In this document: piece by piece, positions 13,171-25,559 of the stretch
Layout of the letters: each line of letters starts with the position of its first letter
How positions within the stretch are numbered: the first letter of the stretch is position 1
Assembly: GCA_002633005.1 (NCBI GenBank)
Contig: NMRA01000459.1
Location: 1 to 64,000 of the forward strand
Direction: 5' to 3'
Origin: Phoronis australis
Taxonomy: Eukaryota; Animalia; Phoronida
Length of the DNA: 64,000 nt
Translations under genes and position numbers: made by a program
The notes under the pieces: model-generated
The model's database searches: none
Told to the model about the DNA's origin: nothing
What the model saw: only the letters and a program-made list of their open reading frames with translations

Positions 13171-14148
13171 GGAATGAGTTTAATTTTATTTATTTAAGAA
13201 TTTTTAAAAAGTTTTTTTCTATCTACGGTTTGTGATTCCGAATTTCATCAATGTCTTTGAGAGTTATTTTAGATATGCAAAAATCGTCTATAAGTGTACT
13301 TTACTGTTTTGGGGATCGGGTTATAGAGTTTTCCAATTTCAGGCTGCAATTAATTTCACTGAAACATCATCAATTCTTACGAGATTGGCTTCTAATTGTC
13401 AAAAATCATCTATGAATTTATCGATTTTCGTAGTTTTGCTTAATCAACACGTAGGTTTGCTTAATCAACGCGTTGACTTATTCTTAAGGAGGCCATAACA
13501 TCGCCAAATGACTGAAAATGTTAAATAAATGCATTATTGGCCAGCACAAGTGTGCCACCTCTTCGTTTATTCCTGACATTATCTACGCTAACTACTATCG
13601 TACGACCCCATCAGGAATCCCATTTAGTGCCGAAAAAATCTTTAGGTGGCGCTCGTACTAATTGACGCAAATGACGTCATCTTTGTAACGCGACACGTGC
13701 AGTCCTTTCTCAAAAGAAAACTTACCATATGGTGACGGGTGCGTATTTCAAGTATCACAATTTCCAAATTACCTCTACTAGAGACAATAAAGTTGTTTAA
13801 TTAAATATAGCGACATAGATCTCGACACTTCCACTTGCATCCTACGGAGTTGCAGAGCCACGAGGCGTGGCGTTTTCGAAGTCAGTTGCGCGGTGCGTCT
13901 TTTAAGTCAGTAGCGCGGTCCCGACCGGGGCCATTTACTCAATCCAACATCAAGGGCGCATTCACAAAAACATCGGGGTCTAGTGAACCAACTAAAGTAC
14001 ATGGTTCCTGCGTCAGTGAGGTGCGGGACAGGTTAGCACTCAATATAGATTCACCGTACTCACAGTGACACTTTTGGCGGAGTGCATGTACAAACTAGAG
14101 AACTAATCTGTCTAGCCGCTCCGTGACAATTATGAGTTAAGTAGTGGC

Positions 14149-16879
14149 CAGGGCTCGACGCTATTAAATTTGCCAGGTTGCATTTTGCGACCTAGGTGAA
14201 ATCCCAGGTCGCATTTTCAAAATCCAGCTCGCATTCATAAATGCCAGGTCGCAAAATTTTCCCGCCATTTTTACGTACCAAAATTGATTTTTTAGATCAT
14301 CAAGAAAATGTTTAGGTTATGCTCTTGCCTGCAGCGTTAAATACTCATAAATTTCAGATCCCATTATTGAGTTCGTTAACGCAGGTACAGCGTTACTGTT
14401 CTTCACGACTGCCATTGAAAGGCTCTAGAGCGCAAGGCAAGTTGCCGACGTGAAAGTTGAATCAGTGCTCTCTAACTGACACGTGCATTCGAGTAGCTGA
14501 GTTTGCAGTGTGAAAAGGGAGAAAATGCCCGTTGAAAAAGTACCTGCGATTTTGCTAGGTCTGACGTGCTATGGCTGCCATCAAAGTCGTTGAAGATCCA
14601 AACTACCTTGGAGTGCAAATTCCCTCCACTTTTTGTTCCCAGCTCAAATTTTGCAACTTAACTCAATGTTCGAAAAACATCTGTCGAAAAAAATTTGTGA
14701 ATGGATGCCCTAACTGAATGACGTATTTGGATGCGCGGGAATAATTCAGTGCGAATTTCACAACAAAAATGTGGTGCTTATGCTGTTTACATTTTCAACA
14801 ATTAGTTTTCCATGAAATGAATAGTCTCAAAACAATTCCGGACTCCGTGCGGATTTCCATCGGGTAATTCAAGTCTGCTCCTCAATACCTTCAAAGTACG
14901 GGAAAAATAGGTCAGTCACAAAACGACACGCATGGCACTAGAGTTAACTTTCTTTCAGAGGTATGAAACAAAGAAGGAATTTGGTTTTTACATATTGAGA
15001 AAAGACGTTTTTTGAAAACTAAATTTGTTATGTAAAATGAGAGCGACGCACCATATAGCTACATGTAGGCTGTGTGTCAATTTTAAACCACACGCGGTCG
15101 TTTGTAGTGCGCTATGATGGGCGCTAGCCTGAACTGTGGGTGCTAATTTGGAAATTCTCAAAAGTTAAGCGGCAACGCTTAGTAGATCGCTGAGCGCTTA
15201 TTATGAAACACTTCAAAGGTAGGGAGTAGCCTTGTGCGTGAGCATAGTCTTAACCTGAATGTTTGCGGTAATAAGATATTTAAAGACTGCAATGGTAAGA
15301 AACGTTAGGGAGGCAAACTCCATCCAGTATGGGTAGCTTTCTGGATATCGTTTCCACCTACACTGTACCCTTTTTAGCCACCCGGAATAATTTTGCTTTT
15401 AATAATTGCCCGCTTCAGCCAGAACAAGATTGCGAGTCAGAATATTTTACCGCGACGGTGGTCTGGTGAGGGGAAATTTGCCAGAGGGGGCTGTATGATG
15501 TGAAGAATAAAAAGTTCGCTAACCACAATTTTGCATCTAGTACTCCTTTAGTTGCTGTAGCTGGCTATGGGCATACGGGTTTGGGAATATCTACCTAGGG
15601 AAACAACATCACAGGAAAATATAAGTTCAGGGTCACCGGCGATGTCGGTCCCGGAGAATATCGTAAGGCATGGGATCTCTTATAACCGCTGGGAATATAT
15701 GAGTTCATTTTCAAATAAACCACTGGCATGTACCCGGGTGCTTAACAGAGCCATTTAGGATTGCCACTGTCCACTTTTGATGTGCAGCTTTCAAGTGGTG
15801 TGCACGCGTTTGTTCACGCACTTGAATCGCTGGAGTAGACCTACACTTTATGTTGGTAACAATGTTTGAAAGGCAAATCATATTTCGCGCACGTAGCCCC
15901 ACAAACAATTAAAGGAGTTTGAAAATTTCTTGGCAACTGAAAGTAAAGTCGTGGCCATCGTTTGGCAATTAATAGGTATGTCATTTTCACTTAGGCTGTC
16001 TTATGCGATAAAAAACGAGACGCACATCTCTAAGTCACGATTGTCTTCCGGGACCGCTTGCGCACTAACAACAGTACGTACCAGTGCCGCAGTGTGATAT
16101 CAGGGATATTGTCGTGAATATTTCATGGGCGCACCCAGTGGGGTTCGGGGGCTTGAATGATTCCCCCCAATTTGGCGAATTGGGCAAAGAGGTCCGCCTC
16201 AGTGAAACAAAGGGTCCGAGTGAACGGGACAAAAGTCCACAAATTTCCACGGGAAATCGGGGAGGATGCACAATTCGTGGCCCTAGTGGCCCCATTTTTT
16301 TTAGTCCTCGCTGATTTCTTTCAGTGAAAGGTCCACATACCGAAAATTTCGAACTCCCCCTTTAATTTAGGCTAGCTGCGCGCATGTATTTGATACATGT
16401 AATAAGGTCATCTTATGCAAAAATAAACATTTTTGTCCACCACAAAGTTTGGTAAGTTGGTCGCTTAAGAATTAGTAGAAGCACTGCTGTTTTGTGACGT
16501 TTTATCACATGTTATGCAGTGGTTCGAAACTTTCTTCGTCAAATCCGGAAATTTGAAGAAGTGGCCGAAAATGTTAAACGCATCAAATATCGATTCTGCA
16601 TATCCCATGTTCACGTTACTTTCTTACAAGTTATCGGGAGGGTTTTCTCGTTTATTGTTCTTTTAAACTTGGATTTGGCAACAACCCAATAACAGTAGCA
16701 TTAACAAGAGTTGCTTTATATTTGCCAGGTATCTGGCGAGAAGCATAAAAACTCAGCTCGCATGCGTTGGAAGTTCCAGGTCGCATTTTGCGATATGATT
16801 TGAGCTAACAAAAATCTCAGCTCGCATTTCCAATGTTCAGGTCGCAAATGCGACCTGCAGCTCGTTATGTCGAGCCCAG
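14149..16879. mobile_element. Non-autonomous hAT-like DNA transposon (about 2.7 kb) in DSTYK intron 1
   Basis: Termini CAGGGCTCGAC and GTCGAGCCCAG; clusters of CAGGTCGCA/CAGCTCGCA subterminal motifs at both ends (14185-14255, 16755-16860); TSD degenerate. Confidence 0.7.
16124..16386 (+). mobile_element. CATG-ended MITE nested in the hAT-like element; 5-bp TSD
   Basis: TIRs CATGGGCGCA and TGCGCGCATG, flanked by TATTT on both sides; homologous copy at 28289-28530. Confidence 0.8.
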
Positions 16880-17007
16880 GTGTATTGGGGACGATCAGAA
16901 GCTGAAGATGCCTGTGTGAGTGTGACTTCATCACAACACAGACAGTATGTCAGCAATCAAACAAACGACTAACACTGCTAAAACAACCTTGAACTCAATC
17001 CACTTAC

Positions 17008-17143
17008 CTGCACCTATATTCCCGTGCGCGCTTATGTCACTAAAACAACTTTTAGTTTCGTTTAAGCTTCTTCTAATTTTTGCCAAATTTGCACAAAATT
17101 TGTTAACTTCGTTTGGCAAGTTAGCAGCCATCGCGGAAGTCAT
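17008..17143 (-). CDS. DSTYK: DSTYK coding exon 1 (start ATG 17143 or in-frame ATG 17131)
   Basis: MAANLPNEVNKFCANLAKIRRSLNETKSCFSDI resembles the DSTYK N-terminus (...LGRLRQNLRETQKFFRDI); strong donor CAG|GTAAGT at 17008/17007 in the phase required by exon 2. Confidence 0.85.
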
Positions 17144-17149
17144 CTCACT

Positions 17150-17225
17150 CTGGTCCTTCCCGGCTAACTCCGGTGAAAATAGCGGAATGTCTCGATCGCA
17201 GAATTAAACCAATCAGATGATAGAT
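17150..17225 (-). promoter_or_regulatory. Putative DSTYK proximal promoter / 5' UTR
   Basis: CpG-rich segment just upstream of the ATG, with a CCAAT box (AACCAATCAG, about 17207-17216) and CGGAA ETS-like cores. TSS not determinable. Confidence 0.35.
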
Positions 17226-17639
17226 AAGAGTACATGTTATATTTGAAAAAGCAANCTCAAAATCCTGGATCCGTTCCTGGGTTGACCCTAGCACTAACAC
17301 ACAGAGAATTAGTTTGATCACAGCATGAAATCTTTCTGTCCCCAGAGTTTTAATAGGGCCCTGGAAGCTGCACCTCTGCATGTTGCCTCTGTCGTTGGTG
17401 ACAAGGATGACGGTCTGTGGTTTCAACCAGAGTTTTTCTTTGAAGTAATGACGTACCCAGTAAAAAGAAAACTATAAGAAGCCACAAATTCCATCAATGT
17501 TCATGCATGAACGGGCAACTCGGAAAGGCAATAAATGCTACATCTATGTTACGTTGAAAGCACAACAAGTTTCCCTCTAAGAAAAACTTGGAAATTGTTA
17601 GACAACAACGAAATCTGGTAACAGACTTCAACGCAAATC

Positions 17640-18865
17640 CACGAAACATTATTTTCAAACTAGCTTTGTTCTAAGCAATAACCCAAGAACTCTTTTGTGA
17701 GCTGTAAAGCTTTACATAAGGAACGTTAGAAAAGATACAGAAGATAAAATAAGAGTGGATCGGCGTGTTGTCACTCTCCCTGATGAAATTGCAAACACCT
17801 TTGCATCCCATTTCTCAAGTATTAGGGGTCACAATTCAGACTGATACTTAATCTAGAATTTACTAGATCATTCAAGTATCAGAGAAATTGAAAAGAACTT
17901 GTCTGTTCAGGCTCAGGGTGCGTCTTTTAATTTTGTCAAATGCTCAGACGTCCTGGATAAACAGAAGAGACAGAAAGCCAATAAAGCAACAGGCTACGAT
18001 AATATTTCCTTACCGTATTGTAAGCTACATGTAGGTGCCGAAGTTCTAGCTACGCATCTTACAAAATTTACAATGGTTGTATTGCGTTGTCTTTTTGCCC
18101 TCCGTCTTTGAAACGGGAGCAAGTTAATCCAATTTTCAAGAAGAGAGGCAGACTAGACATGCCATGTTACAGACCAGTCATTGTCTTACCTACTCTAAAT
18201 CAAGTGTTTGAGAGATTGCTTCACAGTCAACTTGCTGCTCATTTTCACGGTATTCTTAGTAATCAACTGTGTGCATTTACAAAGGTTCTAGTTGCCATGA
18301 CGTATAACAAAGGCTTACTGAAGTAATCAAGCCGAAAATGAACAACAAATTGGTAGCACGTTGTTTGCTGATCGACTTAACGAAAACATTCTACTACCTT
18401 CCACACGATCTTCTGATTTCAACCGGGTTGAGGCATTTCATAAAGAGCTTAAAAGTTATTGAAGTCCTACATACATGTATCTGAAAGGTATATGTGCGTT
18501 AAGTTTTACAGCAAATAGCGCCTCGTAGTCAAAAGGGGTCCCCCAACGCTCTCTTTTGTGACCTTTGTTATTTAATGTTTTAGTAATGATCTTGTGACTC
18601 TACTTAGTGGTAAATGCAACCTACAAAACTATAAAGATGACAACACCATTGTAAACATTGACAACTCTATTCAAAATGTCAGAGACCCATTGAACATGTT
18701 CAAACAGATTGCTTTACATTGGTTTAATGTCAACAACATGCATCCAAATACAAAAACAAAAATCCCAGGCAATTATGTTGAGTAGAGAATGCTTAAGTCA
18801 ACAAGAAAAGTAATTGAACGTTGGTTGTACCAATTTAGCGTGTGCCAGGTCTGTTAAGCTTTTAG
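17640..18865 (+). mobile_element. Decayed CR1/L2-group LINE reverse transcriptase fragment
   Basis: Broken frames give KATGYDNIS, PIFKKRGRLDMPCYRPVIVLPTLNQVFERLLHSQL, GVPQ and YKDD (YADD); many stops and frameshifts. Confidence 0.85.
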
Positions 18866-19420
18866 CTGTTAATGAACTGTGCTTTGCAAACTAAAGGTGG
18901 CAGTCCGATGTTGATTCCAATTCTTAGTTAAACTATTACAAAAAATTTTAAGGTTGTATTTGAACATGAAAACTATTTAGAAATTGGTAATCTTTCTAGA
19001 GTGTTTGTGAAAAGTTTTACACGTTTTCGATGTGGAAACCACAGACTGGCAGTAGAAACAGGTCGTCACGTAAATGTGATATATCAAAACAGAGTGTGTA
19101 CATTATGCTCGAGGAATTATGTTGAAGATGAATATCACTTTTTTGTTACTTTGCGACGCTTTTTCCAAAATCAGAGCTAAGTTTCTAAGTGAGAGTCTCT
19201 CGACAAGTCCCTCTTTGTTTAAATTTCATAGACAGTTATATAATCCCGATACCTCAGTTCTGAAATACGTATACTACGCATCTAAAAAACGGAACAGCTT
19301 GTGTATTGCTGACCAGTGTGCATAGCACCGCACTGATTTTGTTTGTTTGTTGTACTTTAGGCCGATGGCCATGTGTCAGAAGAACAAACTCCTTCTGACT
19401 GTCTTCTTGTCTTCTGTCCA
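18866..19420 (+). mobile_element. LINE 3' end (RTE-X-like), copy 1
   Basis: Encodes FTRFRCGNHRLAVETGR...RVCTLC...VEDEYHFLLLC (C-terminal CCHC finger); near-identical copy at 50944-51470. Confidence 0.8.
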
Positions 19421-20614
19421 AATTCTAATAATGCGCGTAGGCCTACTTGGTTAACAAAAATCACATTATCTTATCTAATCATATCACTGGCAGATGCAAT
19501 CTGATCTCTTACAGAGTCCTTACAGTAACCCCATTGACCCCAGAACAAATGGTGAGGTCAACATCATCTAAAAGTACATCTACAGACAAACAAGTTTAAC
19601 TGCATGGTTTTTAAAAGAACAAATGTAAAAACGTTAGGCAACTTCAATGGAACTAACTCTACTAGTTACTCAATATTTATTCTGAAAAATATAAATGTGC
19701 AAACTCTAACGAGGTCCTCTCAGAATGTGTCGTGTTTGAGGTAAGACAAGAGAACAATGTTTGCACAATGCACAGTCATCCAAAGCAACGTGAATGATGA
19801 CCGTGACTTTATACCGGCACAGAACCGCCTATAGCTGGCCCCAGTAGAGACGGCAGACGGAAAGTTTTCGGCGAATTATGCTTCAGACTGATTAAAACAC
19901 CAAAGTCAGGCTGTTATAGTTACCTTTTGCGCATAGAAGGACTCCTTAACAGCCCGTCAAGGCTTTTAGTTTCTTTCAACTCGAGCAGTACAGTCTTCTG
20001 TTCAGTTGCCCAAATCGGCGGGCGCTCCTGGCGGACTCGGTAAAAATTGCTCCAAGAGCCGTCTCCACCAGCTAGAGACGGTGGTCTACGTAACTATTGA
20101 ATGTAGGCTTATTACTTGGCGAAATTCTATAGAATAGTGTGTTGGTCTGACACTAAGTTGCCTTTTTGTTTGTTCGCACTCAACAGGTCGCAATTTTCGT
20201 CCCACTCATCTCCACGAAATTTTTACACAACCCGTAGGTCCCAAAGTACTAGAAGCCTATGGGGGCACCCTACAGTTATTACACTAGGCTTTTGGCTGCC
20301 GACGCACACCGAAGTAGAGATGGGTCCCTTTCCTCACGTTATACTCGAGTCTGAAAAAAACAAAGGGTTTTGTAGCATTCCCAACTCACAAGCACTACTC
20401 ATGATAACTGAAACTTAATTACGCTACAGATTTTTAATCGGTTCATTCACATCGGAAAAAATCCCGGCACATAAAAATATTAACAAAAAATAACAAACTT
20501 GACAGTTTTCTCCCCAAATTACCACTTCCCTGCAAGTGCTAGGAAAATCCGACTACAGACTTCGAGAATGCGCGTACTCTATAGATTCTAATAATGAGGT
20601 CATAGTATGGCCCG

Positions 20615-21085
20615 CAGTGGCGGATCTAGGGTATCACAAGGGGGGGCAACATTTTGTCTGTAAACGATTGTAGATGTGCATAGCACCGAATGGGGGGAGG
20701 TCGAAGGGGGGTTTGCCCCCCCTCCCGACCACGAAATTTTTCTGTTTTTTCCTCTAAAAATCAAGCATTTTCCTTGATTCCCGAAGTATTATCCAAGAAA
20801 AAAGGCAAAATGCTGAAGTACCACGGATTCGAGCTCACGATCTTACTAGTAGTGCGCGCGAGCTTTACCCCTGCACCACCACGATTAACTGTTACATTGA
20901 CACTATGAGACCTACTTATTTATGATCCACAGCGTTTGCGCGCGAAAACTCTTTTTTGTAATGCTTATTACATGTTTTTTGTGCAATCATTTCGTAAAAA
21001 AAATGTTGTATTTAAAATAGTCTTCAATTGCCCAAAAGATCAAATCCGTNGGCGGGCCCCCTGGCCCCTCCTAAATCCGCCTATG
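20615..21085 (+). mobile_element. hAT-like MITE (CAGTGGCGGATCTAG family) with an internal tRNA-like cassette
   Basis: TIRs CAGTGGCGGATCTAG and CTAAATCCGCCTATG; homologous to the reverse complement of about 63050-63471; contains an N at 21050. Confidence 0.75.
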
Positions 21086-21349
21086 CCCAGTACCAGCTAC
21101 TTTTTGGCAATTTTGATCTGTCTGACAGCCACCTGAAATCGAACCCGGTATCTCGGACGGCAGGCAATGGAGTTGAAAACAAATACATGTAACAGCCACA
21201 ATTTTGCTTCAAAAGTAGATTACGGCTAAAAAACTTAGCTTTTCTCATTCAAAAACACAAGTAAGACAGTTTCCTGACATTTGTTTTCAAAAAATTCCTC
21301 GAACCACCCGCCAAACCTGGCATACGCCCTATACATAAATTCTAGGGAC

Positions 21350-22110
21350 TAGAAAATGACCCTGTGGCTGCAGCCTAACTGTTCAGTGCTACCTATTGTT
21401 TTTCGTCATGTTCGGATTCAAAATGGCCGACATGGCCATTTTGTTTCCGAATTCAGATTCAAATGCTCATAGAGGCCGCAATTTTTGACGTACAGGCTAC
21501 GATTGTTCCAATCGATAAGTACTACAATTGCTCTGTAAATCATGAACTTCCGGTTAGAGATGGTGGAAATATCGGCAATTGCGCATGCGCACTTCGTTTT
21601 CTGCCCGAAAACGTTTTCTCCTGTAGAGGGCGCATTGACGAACCAACCACTTTCAAACTTGTCACATAATCGTTTCTTGTGATTGGTTGTTTTTAAATTC
21701 TGTTTAACCGGAAGCCGCTTTCAAGATGGCGGCAATGGCACATTTTCACTCGAGCATTTCCAATCGCTCTGCGGTGGCATTTTGAACGGGAAGAGCAACG
21801 GACGTGAATTTTTGCATTTGGATTCCTTATGGTATTCTTTTTCAAATGTTCTGCGACAGTGCTTTTCTCAGACTTACCGTTTTTGAGTTATTTGACTTTC
21901 AATTTCAAAAAAAATGAAAAATTTGAATTTTCTTGAAAAATCTTACGAAGTTTGTAAAACTATGAAAGAAGATAGAGTTTTGAATGTGCTTTCGGAAGAC
22001 GGTTTTAATTTTTCGCTACGACGCCTACTTTTTGAGTTATTTGAGGTTTTCTGAAACCGCTGTTTGTTGACCGGTTTTGCTGCACTGTTGTTAGTTTACT
22101 TGCTATTTCT
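21350..22110. mobile_element. Possible Helentron/HINE-type non-autonomous rolling-circle element
   Basis: Recurrent AAAATGGCCG, CAAGATGGCGGC, ACCGGAAG and TTTTTGAGTTAT motifs of the kind seen in such elements; no coding evidence. Confidence 0.35.
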
Positions 22111-23598
22111 TATTGATTTCCGGCAGCTATGTTCATCATATGAATGTTATCATGTTGTTCATCGTCGCCACCATCATCATCATAATCATCATCTTCGTCA
22201 TCATCTCCATCGTCGTCTTTTCGGTTAATTTCGCCAAGTGTCGCTCCTACGAGCGCTTTCGTGTTGTTTTTCAGCGTAAATCTCGGGCAATATTAATGAA
22301 GAACGAATTTAAATATTGCTCTACCTTTGCGTACCGGAAATTCTAATAAACGCCCTGACTTGATATTCTTGTGACTGAAGATTGTTTTCATTTGTCAGTT
22401 CGAACTAGAGCTTAGTGATAACAACGACACATGTCTCTATGTGCTTACGTCACTTCTCTGCCTCTGAGTTGTTTTCAGTCTCTGCAAATAACTAAATACT
22501 AACACGATTGCTCTTCAGTCGGCATGCTAGTAGTTTGAATACACCATGTTTGTGTACTAAGCCATCATTATGTAATCCCCTTCCTTGTACTGTGTTCATT
22601 TCTCACAATGTTGGATTCCTACTTCTCAGAACGCGACACTAGTGCGGATTGTCATCGGCTTGTTGATTGTTTTGCTTTGCAAGTTATTTGTTCAACAAAC
22701 AAGTTACCAAGGAAATCCGTTTCTCTTTTCACAAATTAGTTGGCAAACCTACTACTCAACCATTGCACACCATGCCACTGACATACAATTTCTTCTAGAG
22801 AGACTCGCACATTATCATTACTGTATGCTTGCAATCACACACAAGTAAATGTATAAACGACGTTCGCAAACACGATCTGCCAAATGGAACCTGAGAGAAT
22901 TTTAAGGGTGGCCATGCCCCCCCTTTGCCCCCTAAATCCCCATTTTTGCATGTTCAATTTATCGTTATAAAACTACCCGTGCGAAAATTAGATTTCGAAT
23001 GAGGGCCGCACACCGTACATGTAGTTTGAGAATCAGACGCACTCGCATCCTTCCGTTAGGCCGATCGCATGCATGCAATACGGAATTTAATGAGATAAAC
23101 ACCCACACGTCACCGGGCCAATGCACGTTACGAAATGCACTCGCATGTTATGATTGCAGCATACAGGAAAGAATGTCATTCATTTAACCAATTTGCAAAT
23201 GCATTTATATAAGTTGGTAATCAGTACCCTATAATGGATAGACCCCACACACTGCTGGGAAATTACTGTTCATTATCTATGCTTCGTTACACGGCCAGCA
23301 TCTGTGACGCTTTGCTCTGCTTGTCCTTTCTAATCACGGTGTTATAAAATGACAGCCACTCCAACTACAGAACGGCTTCGCCCTGTTTAGCAGTCACTTT
23401 AAAGGCATTTGGAGTTTTTAATTGCGATGTACTCATTAGGCCGTCATTTCATCCCATGACCAAGTCGGGGGATGACATCATTTTTCCACGTGCCTACCAC
23501 TGTATATATCTTCAAGCCTTTGATAAAAATGACTACATTTTCAGTTTCCGTTTGCCCATAATTCTTACAGCGAAATTGCGTAGCTCATGCGACGTTAA

Positions 23599-25303
23599 AG
23601 GAGAATGTCACCCAAAAAACAACCTATTTGTATCAATTTAGATCGAGTAGTTCTACTCGATAACTGCACGTTCGGTTGCGTTACCTGACACCTGACGGCA
23701 GACGGAAGTGTTGAAATTATCCAATGACGTAACTGGTTTCAAACGCAGTCTGTTCAGAGGTTCACAACACGGGTTAGTGGTGTCAGCTTATCGCTTGAAT
23801 TCATCGTTTAACACCAATAAATCATCAAACTTCGATGTAAAACCCTTAAAAATACACCGAGTTCTTATAAAAACGTATTGTTTCATTTCCCTGTTACGTA
23901 TTTACTGGTATTTGGACACACCGTAGCCTACAAAGTTCGGCAAGGTCCGTAGCAGGATTTGGGGTCTGTTCGGAGATAAAATCGAAGTATTCTTCCGTGA
24001 AACACAGACAGGAGAACCTAGATCTGTGTTGTTTATACTTATGATTTTTAGTTCTAAACACACAAAACGCTTGTTATCCCGGCTAGTGGCTCGGAACCCG
24101 ATCACTAGGCCCGGCGTCGTGACCGCTGACTCAGTGACTCGTTGTCCCGGAGAGTGGCTCGGAACCCGAACAGGCCCGTCGCGGCCGGCGGGACTGGCAC
24201 GAACATAAACCAGCTTGAGTTGGAAACTAAATCTCCTGCAGTCACGAAATGACTATAACAGTGATCCAAAGAAATAATGTGCACTTAATTATTTATGTGA
24301 ATTAGCCACGAAACTGAAAATCTACTTGCTTCGGGGGCCTCGAAGTCGGGTTCCCCTTCTACAGACCGTCAGGGCAAAGGTTGTACAGTAACAATGATTT
24401 GAATAATGTATTTGTATTTCTGAATAAAAATTCCCCTAACATGTGACCATAGCATATAAAATCGAGTAGGCCTAATTGTTTCGCAACAGCTTTCTGTCAG
24501 CAAACACCGAATTACATGTAGCATGCGCTCACACGGCCTCGGTGCCCGGCATCAAAGGCCGGTAACGCAGTGGTTTATTCATTGCTGGCTTCTCAAAACA
24601 TTTGCACTCACGAGCACTCCAAGGCCTTACATATTGTATCTAATGAGACAGACTTTGTTTCAGTTTCATATAAGCATTGTTTAGGATGAGAATAATTCGT
24701 TTTGAAACAGAACGCAGAATAATAAACGTCTGCATGGCAACTCGCCTGGCGCCAATCCCGACTTAGTCAAGAGCTCATCCGACGAAGACTTCACGGGTCG
24801 CGTCGTTAGGTTTCACAGGCAATCAGTTCGAACCGGAATACACTGATCAAGAAATACTAGAGAGAACTTGCACAGGCAACGGAACGCATGGATAGTTCCG
24901 GCTTTGGTAAGCCGGAATTCGTCAGAGAAATCACTGTCGACGAAATGCCGGCCACAGACACGGAGATGTTTCACGGCCTCGTGCTTGCTATTAACAGCGT
25001 ACCTTTCATTTTTCACTACCGCGAGCCACTTCCTAAGCATTTCGGGCTCTCGAGAAAGTCGAAAAAAACGCTATACCCGCTTTCTTCGCAGCTTCATAAT
25101 TCAGACAAGTGCGAACGATGCACCGCAATATAGCGGCATTCACTCTGCAGACGAACCACTGACGTCGCTGCGTCGTTTCTCACCTTCCTCACAGGTTAAC
25201 GCGACACCTCTCGGCAAGGTGAGGTCGACCGTATAAGAGGTGGTTTGGATATAGCCCTATTAAGACGGTAAAAAAGACTAATTAAATCAGGTGGCATTCT
25301 CCT
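23599..25303 (-). mobile_element. Non-autonomous Kolobok element 1 with a THAP remnant
   Basis: TTAA|AGGAGAATGTCACC...GGTGGCATTCTCCT|TTAA (13/14 TIR match, TTAA TSD, RR...YY ends); frameshifted THAP domain at about 24900-25139 on the minus strand. Confidence 0.85.
24813..25139 (-). pseudogene. Degenerate THAP zinc finger (Kolobok transposase N-terminus)
   Basis: Reconstructed MP...CIVRTCLN...GIAFFRLSREPEMLRKWL...RVCGRHFVDSDF (C2CH motif, conserved W) across two compensating frameshifts. Confidence 0.8.
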
Positions 25304-25559
25304 TTAATTCAACTGTGTGTACGCTTAACGGAAGGAGGATTCCGTTTTCACGACGAATTCGACGTGGCTTTCTAATTGAAAGTGCCAAGAAAGACTTCGC
25401 ATCGGCAACTTAGGATATCTCAAACCTTATTCATAGAAATTATCCATTTTTACAATATTTCACATGTCTTGCAAAATACCTTATCTTCATTCTCGGGAAA
25501 CTTCAAATACGAAATTTATGCCGTGGAGCAAAAAAAAAAAAGATTTTGCAGAAACACCT

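Larger units (their letters stand above)
3629..17007 (-). other. DSTYK: DSTYK intron 1 (about 13.4 kb, GT-AG, phase 1)
   Basis: Exon 1 ends GCA G|GTAAGT and exon 2 begins AG. Joining gives GAG (Glu) and keeps the frame: ...GNIGAEFSPKTLL... Confidence 0.8.

Noticed and set aside
15711-15908. Possible TTF-type zinc-finger remnant of a hAT transposase
   Set aside because: Similarity too weak to support by eye.
22113-22346. ORF with a poly-Ile transmembrane-like stretch
   Set aside because: Produced by an (ATC)n microsatellite.
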